From Sulfurospirillaceae bacterium (GTDB taxonomy: Bacteria > Campylobacterota > Campylobacteria > Campylobacterales > Sulfurospirillaceae), in assembly GCA_033723415.1 (NCBI GenBank), contig JAWVXD010000004.1, positions 96,001 to 160,000 of the forward strand: a stretch of 64,000 nt of DNA, in the 5' to 3' direction. Below are positions 57,566 to 64,000 of this stretch, piece after piece. The translations under genes were made by a program, and so were the position numbers. Numbering within the stretch: the stretch's first letter is position 1; each line of letters opens with the position of its first letter. The notes below the pieces were generated by a model. The model made no database searches and was not told where the DNA came from. It saw only the letters and a list, made by a program, of their open reading frames with translations.

Positions 57566-59035
57566 ATGGCAACAACCTTCGAAGAATTTAACTTGGACCC
57601 AAATATCTTAAAAGCTGTAGTAGATGCAGGTTTTAGAGAACCGAGTCCCGTACAAGAGATGGCTATACCGCTTATTATGTCAGGAAATGACATCGTAGCT
57701 CAAGCACAAACAGGAACAGGTAAAACAGCAGCATTCGGTCTATCTACTATGAGTATGATAAACCCTGAAGAAAATAGAGTACAGATACTAGTAATAACTC
57801 CGACAAGAGAACTCGCAACTCAAGTCAGTGATGAACTTTTTTTATTAGGAAAATATAGAAATATAAAAACAGTAACGATTTACGGAGGCAGCTCATACGC
57901 AAGACAACTATCTTTGATAGATAGAGGTGCAAGCGTTGTCGTAGCAACACCGGGCAGGATGCTAGATCTTCTGAAAAATGATAAGCTAAGAAACTTCGCT
58001 CCTTCAATAGTCGTACTAGATGAGGCAGATGAGATGCTAGACATGGGCTTTTTGGAAGACATAGAAAATATCTTGAAATTTTTACCTGCAGAGAGACAGA
58101 CTTTACTCTTTTCTGCAACTATGCCGGATCCTATCAAAAGACTCGCTAAAAAAACACTAAAAGATCCAAAATTTGTCAGTATAACTCCAAAAGAACATAC
58201 AACCAATGAAGATATAGATCAGCTTTACTACGTGATTGAAGAACAAGAGAGAGACAACGCTCTTGTGAGACTTTTGGACTCATTAGAACCAACTAAATCT
58301 ATAGTATTTTGTAGAACAAAAAAAGAAGTGGATAGAGTTTCTACACAACTTATGGCAATCGGATATCCTGCAAAAGGATTACATGGGGATATGGAACAAA
58401 ACCAAAGAGAAACTGTTATAAAAGCTTTTAGAGCTTCTCAGATCGAGATACTTGTAGCAACGGATGTTGCAGCTCGCGGTTTAAACGTAGCCGATATTTC
58501 ACATGTGTTTAACTTTCATATGCCATTTGACCCTGAAAGTTATGTACACAGGATAGGTAGAACGGGAAGAGCAGGTAAAAAAGGTACTGCGATCACTTTG
58601 GTAACTCCTATGGAATATCACAGCATGCAAAGAATCGCAAAAAAAGTCGGTACAAATATACAATTTAAAATGGTACCAACTTTAAGTGACGTAAAAGAAT
58701 CACAATTAGATAAATTTGCACAAGAGATAGAAAAAGCAGAATTAAATGAAAATGCACAAAAGATTTTAGACATTTTAGGTGACGATATAAATCTAAGCAA
58801 AATTTCACTAAAACTAATATCTATGCTTTTAAACAAAAATTCTTTGCAAGGTCCAAACAAGATTGGCTTCGATCATAAGTCATTATCAAATATTATAAAA
58901 AGAATAGAAGAAAGAAGCAATAGAAATGGTCGTGACAGAGATAGAGGGAGAAATAGTAACAGAAGCAGAAACAGAGATTCTAGCAGTAGAAATTCTTCAA
59001 GCAGCAGAAGACCTAGAAATCGAAGCAGAGGCTAA
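57566..59035 (+). CDS. DEAD-box RNA helicase with Arg/Ser/Asn-rich tail
   Basis: Q-motif GFREPSPVQ, AQTGTGKT, PTRELA, TPGR, DEAD, SAT, ARGLN, HRIGRTGRAG; start ATG 57566 behind AGGAA. Confidence 0.95.
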   Translation: MATTFEEFNLDPNILKAVVDAGFREPSPVQEMAIPLIMSGNDIVAQAQTGTGKTAAFGLSTMSMINPEENRVQILVITPTRELATQVSDELFLLGKYRNIKTVTIYGGSSYARQLSLIDRGASVVVATPGRMLDLLKNDKLRNFAPSIVVLDEADEMLDMGFLEDIENILKFLPAERQTLLFSATMPDPIKRLAKKTLKDPKFVSITPKEHTTNEDIDQLYYVIEEQERDNALVRLLDSLEPTKSIVFCRTKKEVDRVSTQLMAIGYPAKGLHGDMEQNQRETVIKAFRASQIEILVATDVAARGLNVADISHVFNFHMPFDPESYVHRIGRTGRAGKKGTAITLVTPMEYHSMQRIAKKVGTNIQFKMVPTLSDVKESQLDKFAQEIEKAELNENAQKILDILGDDINLSKISLKLISMLLNKNSLQGPNKIGFDHKSLSNIIKRIEERSNRNGRDRDRGRNSNRSRNRDSSSRNSSSSRRPRNRSRG

Positions 59036-59138
59036 ATCATAAATATTATATAGCCGGCAAGGTGACGAAATTGACGAAAAAAATACTTGAAATATTTTTA
59101 TAAAATTGTATAATAAATAAATTTTATAAGGAGCAATA

Positions 59139-60296
59139 GTGAAAAAAGTCGTTTTATTAGCGTTAAGCGCATCTCTCTTGCTGGCAACCAATGGTGATAA
59201 CCTTATAGGTCTAGGAGCAAAATCCAGAGCTATGGGTGGAGTTGGTATAGCAGCTTTCTTTGGGGCAGAGAATGTTCTCTCAAACCCCGCTTTAATCTCG
59301 CAAAGTAAAGGTACCGAGATCAATTTCGGAGCAACTTTATTTATGCCTGATGTAAAAGCAAATGGAGTCAAAAGCTCTGCAGACAAAAATGTCATCCCTG
59401 AGGTATCATTGTCTCAACAGATCAATGACAATTGGACTTTTGGTATCGGTATGTTCGGATCTGCCGGTATGGGTGTCGACTACAGAGGTAACCCTTCATT
59501 GATGGATGCGAGAACCAATCTTCTTTTAATGAAATTTGCTCCGGCACTTTCTTATCACAAAGATAAATTTTCTTTTGGATTTGCGCCTGTTATGCAGTAT
59601 GGATCACTTGATATCGCTTACAACATGCATGGTATGGGCGGTATCAATCAAGTCGGAGAAGGCTCAAGCGACAATTTCGGACTGGGTTATGAATTAGGTG
59701 CTGCATATGACATCACAAAAGATCTCAAACTGGGACTTGTCTACAAATCAAAAATTTCTATGACATATAAACATACACTAAGTGTTGCATCTGCTCCATT
59801 TGTCACTCTTGGAGTTTTCCCAGGTGCATTTGCAGATGATCTGGAACAACCGGCTGAATACGGAGTGGGCCTATCTTATAATTATGGTCCTTTCAATATT
59901 TCAACTGATTATAAAAAAATCAAATGGGGAAGTGCAAAAGGATATAAAGATTTTGGCTGGAAAGATCAAGATGTCTATGCGATAGGTGCAAAATATGAAA
60001 AAGACGGTACCTGGTATGGTATCGGATACAATCATGCAAAAAATCCAATACCTAATCTTGCAGGAACAAATGCTGTTAATACGGCGATGAATCTTTTTAA
60101 TTATCTTATGTTTCCGGCAACGGCAGAGAATCATTACAGTATAGGAGCAGGTACAAAAATAAGTAAAAATCTATCTGTAGATTTTGATATCTTATACGCT
60201 CCAAAAGTCACTGTAACTACTGCAACAACAATTGGAGCTTTGAAAGTAGAACATACTGAAACATCTGTAGCATTTTCAATGAGATACGATTTTTAG
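59139..60296 (+). CDS. OmpP1/FadL-family outer-membrane transport protein
   Basis: Signal peptide; ATNGDNLIGLGAKSRAMGGVG, NPAL; amphipathic beta strands; C-terminal Phe. Confidence 0.85.
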   Translation: MKKVVLLALSASLLLATNGDNLIGLGAKSRAMGGVGIAAFFGAENVLSNPALISQSKGTEINFGATLFMPDVKANGVKSSADKNVIPEVSLSQQINDNWTFGIGMFGSAGMGVDYRGNPSLMDARTNLLLMKFAPALSYHKDKFSFGFAPVMQYGSLDIAYNMHGMGGINQVGEGSSDNFGLGYELGAAYDITKDLKLGLVYKSKISMTYKHTLSVASAPFVTLGVFPGAFADDLEQPAEYGVGLSYNYGPFNISTDYKKIKWGSAKGYKDFGWKDQDVYAIGAKYEKDGTWYGIGYNHAKNPIPNLAGTNAVNTAMNLFNYLMFPATAENHYSIGAGTKISKNLSVDFDILYAPKVTVTTATTIGALKVEHTETSVAFSMRYDF

Positions 60297-60306
60297 TCTT
60301 TCTTTA

Positions 60307-60333
60307 TAGTATGTGAGAATTTCTCACATACTA
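60307..60333. terminator. Hairpin between the convergent FadL-like and nspC genes
   Basis: TAGTATGTGAGAA-t-TTCTCACATACTA, 13-bp arms. Confidence 0.75.
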
Positions 60334-61446
60334 ATTTCTGTTTCTATAATCCTCATATTTAAACTCTTTGACTACTTGAAACTCTCCATCTTTTTTAATC
60401 ACGGCAAGACTTGGTAGTTTTATCCCGTTGAAAGTTGTATTTTTCACTATCGTATAATGTATTTGATCCTCAAATATGATCTTATCTCCTATTTTTAAAG
60501 GTTCGTCAAAAGAGTAATCGCCCATAATATCACCTGACAAACAACTATTTCCTGTGAGTTTATAAGTATATTTTTTCTCCCCAGCGATTCCTGCTCCTCG
60601 AACCTCTGCGCGATAAGGCATGGCTAGAGTGTCTGGCATATGAGCTTCTGCGGAGGCATCCAAAATAGCTACTTGCATATTGTTATATATAATATCTTGC
60701 ACACTAGCAACCAAAACACCGACTTCCCATCCAACTGCTTCACCAGGTTCAAGATAAACATCAACATTATATCTTGCTTTAAATTCGCAAACCAATCTTA
60801 TCAACTTTTCTATGTCATATCCGGCTTTTGTTATATGATGCCCGCCTCCAAAGTTTATCCATTTCATCTTTGATATATACTTGCCGAATTTCTCTTCAAA
60901 TGCCCTAAGGACTATTTCCAATTCATCGGCACCCTGCTCACAAAGCGCGTGAAAATGCAATCCTTCCAAACCATCTAGAAGCTCTTCTTTAAACTCTTTT
61001 ACAGTCACACCGAATCTACTGTGCAATCCGCAAGGGTTATATAACTCAACCGGTGCACAAGAGACTTCCGGATTGACTCTTAATCCGCAAGATGTTTTGT
61101 TGATGGCTTTTTCTTTGTATTTTTCCCACTGTGCAAATGAGTTGAAAACTACATGATGAGAAAAGTCCAATATCTCATCGATCTCATCTTCTTTAAAAGC
61201 AGGTGAATATGTGTGGGTTTCCCCTCTAAATTCATTGTGCGATAATTTTGCTTCCCACAGCCCGCTCGCACAGCATCCATCCAGATATTTTGATACAAGC
61301 GGTTCTAAATGATAAAAGGAAAAACCTTTGAGTGCCAACAGTATTTTGGCACCGCTCCTTTCTTTTACATACGCGAGCGTCTTTAAATTTTTTTCTAGCA
61401 GTTCTTCAAAACATACATAACTGGGAGTTTTTATATTTTCAAACAC
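60331..61446 (-). CDS. nspC: Carboxynorspermidine decarboxylase
   Basis: ILLALKGF, SGLWEA, HTYSPAFK, GLRVNP, YNPC..SRFG, GLHFHALCEQ, NFGGGHHIT, LEPGEA, HMPD, SCLSGD, HYTIVKNTTFNG. Confidence 0.93.
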   Translation of the reverse strand: MFENIKTPSYVCFEELLEKNLKTLAYVKERSGAKILLALKGFSFYHLEPLVSKYLDGCCASGLWEAKLSHNEFRGETHTYSPAFKEDEIDEILDFSHHVVFNSFAQWEKYKEKAINKTSCGLRVNPEVSCAPVELYNPCGLHSRFGVTVKEFKEELLDGLEGLHFHALCEQGADELEIVLRAFEEKFGKYISKMKWINFGGGHHITKAGYDIEKLIRLVCEFKARYNVDVYLEPGEAVGWEVGVLVASVQDIIYNNMQVAILDASAEAHMPDTLAMPYRAEVRGAGIAGEKKYTYKLTGNSCLSGDIMGDYSFDEPLKIGDKIIFEDQIHYTIVKNTTFNGIKLPSLAVIKKDGEFQVVKEFKYEDYRNRN

Positions 61447-62257
61447 TTTTTAACACCTTATCTAATATTTTTGTACTCAAAATCCTTTTTAAGAACCAAA
61501 ATAAAGTCGTAGGAATCGTCACTCTGTAACGGGGTTTCGGATCTTTTGATCTGATTATTTTCTCCAATACTTTATACACGGCATCTTCGCCTAAGGTAAA
61601 TATATCATCATCGCTTGATTCAAATCTTTTTATGGCTTTTGTATACTCTTTCTCATAAAAACTTCCATCAACTCTTATATGCTTTTTAAATTTTTCATAG
61701 GCATTTTTTCTAAAAGCGCTCCGTATAGGACCGGGTTCGATCAAGCACACCTTAATACCAAAAGGTGCCAGTTCAAGCCTTAACGTGTCGCTTAAACCTT
61801 CTATTGCATACTTACTTGCATTATACGCTCCTCGGTATTTTAGAGAGATAAATCCAAGTACTGAACTGTTTTGTACGATCTTTGGACTTTTAGATCTTCT
61901 AAGTAATCGCAAAGCCTCTATTGTCAGAGCAAAATTACCAAAGACATTGGTTTCAAACTGTTCTTTGAGTGCTTCTACGCTCAAATCTTCCAAAGCCCCT
62001 GGCTGTCCATATCCTGCATTATTGAAGAGTATATCGAGTCTTTGATGCTTTATCTCTAAAAAATTGATAGCACTTTTTATATCTTCTTCTTTTGTAACAT
62101 CAAGCTTAAAACTCATCAACCCTTCACTTTTCAGCCTTTGCACGTCTGCTTCGTCTCTGACCGTAGCATAAACGATATGTCCTACTCTTTGTAACTCTTT
62201 TGCACAAAAATAGCCTATGCCGGAAGAACAGCCGGTGATGAGAATGATCTGGTTCAT
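61439..62257 (-). CDS. Short-chain dehydrogenase/reductase (YbbO-like)
   Basis: TGCSSGIG, NNAGYG, NSSVLG, YNASK, IEPGPI. Confidence 0.92.
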   Translation of the reverse strand: MNQIILITGCSSGIGYFCAKELQRVGHIVYATVRDEADVQRLKSEGLMSFKLDVTKEEDIKSAINFLEIKHQRLDILFNNAGYGQPGALEDLSVEALKEQFETNVFGNFALTIEALRLLRRSKSPKIVQNSSVLGFISLKYRGAYNASKYAIEGLSDTLRLELAPFGIKVCLIEPGPIRSAFRKNAYEKFKKHIRVDGSFYEKEYTKAIKRFESSDDDIFTLGEDAVYKVLEKIIRSKDPKPRYRVTIPTTLFWFLKRILSTKILDKVLKSV

Positions 62258-62604
62258 GAAAGGATTTTTATTTCATCTTGCACGTTTGGCACTAAACATA
62301 AAAATTCATAATCTTCATCTCCGATCACTTCATAAGAGTGTGCTGTACCTGCGGGTATAAACAATACGTCATCTTTGGTAGCGATTGTTTCTTTATCTCC
62401 TATCACCACTTTTGCACTGCCCCCAAGCACATACTGCTCATGCTCAACACTATTTGTGTGTAAGGGCATAGAACCGCCTTGCTTTATGATGAACTTTCTC
62501 ATAGCAAAATTGGGTGCTTTGTCGTTTCCTATCAAAACACTCATAGAACCGCCTTTACCTGCTTCAAGATCCGTGAATTTATATTGACTAATATTTTTTA
62601 TCAT
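62254..62604 (-). CDS. Cupin-domain protein
   Basis: APNFAMRKF, PLHTNSVEHEQYVL, FIPAGTAHSY, FLCLVP. Confidence 0.88.
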   Translation of the reverse strand: MIKNISQYKFTDLEAGKGGSMSVLIGNDKAPNFAMRKFIIKQGGSMPLHTNSVEHEQYVLGGSAKVVIGDKETIATKDDVLFIPAGTAHSYEVIGDEDYEFLCLVPNVQDEIKILS

Positions 62605-62666
62605 CTTTATTCCTTTTTTTTAATATTTTATTATATAATTTTAAAATATTAGATAAAGAGTAAATT

Positions 62667-63227
62667 TTGAATATAAATAAATTGATCTTAATAGGTGCAT
62701 CAACAGGCGGACCCGGGCAAATACATAAAATCATAAGATCTTTAAGAGAAGATTTTGATGGTGCAATGGTCATAGCTCAACATATGGAACACACTTATAT
62801 ATCGAGCTTTATGGATTATTTGCACAACAATGCCCCTTTGGATGTGGTACAAGCCAAAGACGGACTTACTATAGAAAATAAAAAAATATACCTACTTTCG
62901 CAAAGTACGGAAATCAAAACTCAGCTCTCTTCTTTATATTTTCTGCAAAATAATGGAGAATTTAATTATAATCCAAATATCGATCTACTTTTGAATTCGG
63001 CAATGGAGATATCAAAAAAAATTCATGTCATGTGTATCATCCTAACAGGTATAGGAAATGATGGAGCCTGCGGAGCTTTAAACCTATATAATTCAAATGC
63101 CATCTGTATAGCTGAAGACGAAAAAAGTTCCATAGTATACGGTATGCCAAAAGCGGCGATTGAACTAAATCCTAAGATGAAACAAGCAAGTATCGATGAG
63201 ATTTGCGAAGCGATAAATAGGTTTTAG
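62667..63227 (+). CDS. cheB: Chemotaxis methylesterase CheB (catalytic domain only, no receiver domain)
   Basis: IGASTGGP, AQHM, ILTGIGNDGA, VYGMPKAA. Confidence 0.9.
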   Translation: MNINKLILIGASTGGPGQIHKIIRSLREDFDGAMVIAQHMEHTYISSFMDYLHNNAPLDVVQAKDGLTIENKKIYLLSQSTEIKTQLSSLYFLQNNGEFNYNPNIDLLLNSAMEISKKIHVMCIILTGIGNDGACGALNLYNSNAICIAEDEKSSIVYGMPKAAIELNPKMKQASIDEICEAINRF

Positions 63228-64000
63228 ATGTTTAACATATTTAAAAAAAAGAAGAAAGAGGTTATTACTCTAAAAGTACAACCTGTAGAAAATTTTACCA
63301 ATATAGATAACTTTATAAAGTATTTCAGAGAAGATACCGGAATAGATTTTTCAAACAAAAAAGAAATAGTCAAAAATAAGCTCATTATTTTTTGCAGAAG
63401 CCATAATATTCACAATTTTGATGAATGTCTAGCAAAAGTTAAAAATAACGAATCAATAAAACAAGAATTAATAGATACGTTTGCAGTTAACGAAACATAC
63501 TTTTTCAGAGAGCTAAAACAGATCCAAGAAGTGATAAAGAAAGCTAAAAACATAAAATCCAAGATAGAGATCCTTTGCGCGCCAAGCTCATCTGGAGAAG
63601 AACCCTACTCTATAGCTATATTGCTTTTAGAAGAAGGTTTTAGCGCAGATACTTTTCATATAGTCGGTATTGACATAAGCGACAAGGTCATCACAAAGGC
63701 GAGGGAAGCAATCTACAGTAAAAGAAGTCTACATCGTGTAGATCAAAGCCTCATTAACAAATATTTTACCCTCACAGAAGACAAATATATACTTAAAGAT
63801 ATTGTCAAAAGACAAGTGTCTTTTAGACGAGTCAATATATTTGATGTAGGCTTTAACAATCTAAGAAAGTTTGATTATATTTTTTCAAGAAATATGATGA
63901 TCTACTTTGACGACGAGACAAAAAAGAGAGCAAAATCTATCTTGCAAAAACTTCTTAAAGATCCGCAAGAACCGATATTGTTTGGTCATGCGGATATGTC
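63228..64000 (+). CDS. cheR: Chemotaxis methyltransferase CheR (3' end runs past the window)
   Basis: Manual translation from ATG 63228: VNETYFFRE, LCAPSSSGEEPYSIA, GIDIS, FDYIFSRNMMIYFD, LFGHAD. Confidence 0.92.
   Translation, partial: MFNIFKKKKKEVITLKVQPVENFTNIDNFIKYFREDTGIDFSNKKEIVKNKLIIFCRSHNIHNFDECLAKVKNNESIKQELIDTFAVNETYFFRELKQIQEVIKKAKNIKSKIEILCAPSSSGEEPYSIAILLLEEGFSADTFHIVGIDISDKVITKAREAIYSKRSLHRVDQSLINKYFTLTEDKYILKDIVKRQVSFRRVNIFDVGFNNLRKFDYIFSRNMMIYFDDETKKRAKSILQKLLKDPQEPILFGHADM

Noticed and set aside
58915..59035. AG-rich low-complexity repeats at the 3' end of the helicase gene
   Set aside because: Explained by the Arg/Ser/Asn/Asp-rich tail typical of DEAD-box helicases; not a tandem array.
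62667..63227. cheB as a truncated pseudogene because it lacks a receiver domain
   Set aside because: Receiver-less CheB is normal in Campylobacterota; the Ser-His-Asp triad is intact and cheR follows directly.
1..64000. tRNA-Sec (selC), rRNA, CRISPR array, IS transposase or integrase
   Set aside because: Intergenic regions were read by eye and showed no cloverleaf, regularly spaced repeats or recombinase ORF; tRNAscan-SE and a CRISPR finder were not run.

Overview
AT-rich chromosomal window from a free-living Campylobacterota (Epsilonproteobacteria) bacterium; the gene content and protein style suggest Sulfurospirillum/Sulfurimonas-like, which is an impression, not a database result. No rRNA, tRNA, CRISPR array or transposase was seen. 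From left to right: (1) the end of an apbE-like gene and a light/photo-oxidative-stress-type cluster led by a DUF1722-photolyase fusion; (2) glpD, a PotABCD-fold ABC transporter and a glycerophosphodiesterase, with Pho-box-like promoters shared with a divergent EAL-CBS-GGDEF gene; (3) a 22-kb selenium/tungsten formate dehydrogenase island (yedF, selD, wtpABC, ModE-like regulator, fdhD, fdhABC, chaperone, polyferredoxin, periplasmic binding protein/histidine kinase/response regulator, selA, selB), where selD and fdhA each have an in-frame UGA plus a SECIS-like hairpin and are therefore truncated or split in the ORF track; (4) DsbC-like, PAS-GGDEF, an OmpR-type two-component pair, a CDF transporter and an ars operon; (5) an MCP, marR-emrAB-MFS, a DEAD-box helicase, a FadL-like porin, nspC, cheB and cheR. 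The most unusual signals are a two-copy ~80-nt structured mini-ORF/RBS cassette (MKYS..SVSF.ERN...KGD) directly in front of yedF and arsC, a polyamine-type binding protein apparently re-tooled for glycerophosphodiesters, a three-copy ModE-like operator, ATGA coupling of a diguanylate cyclase to Sec-dependent selD, and a perfect 25+25-bp palindrome between arsR and a chemoreceptor gene.
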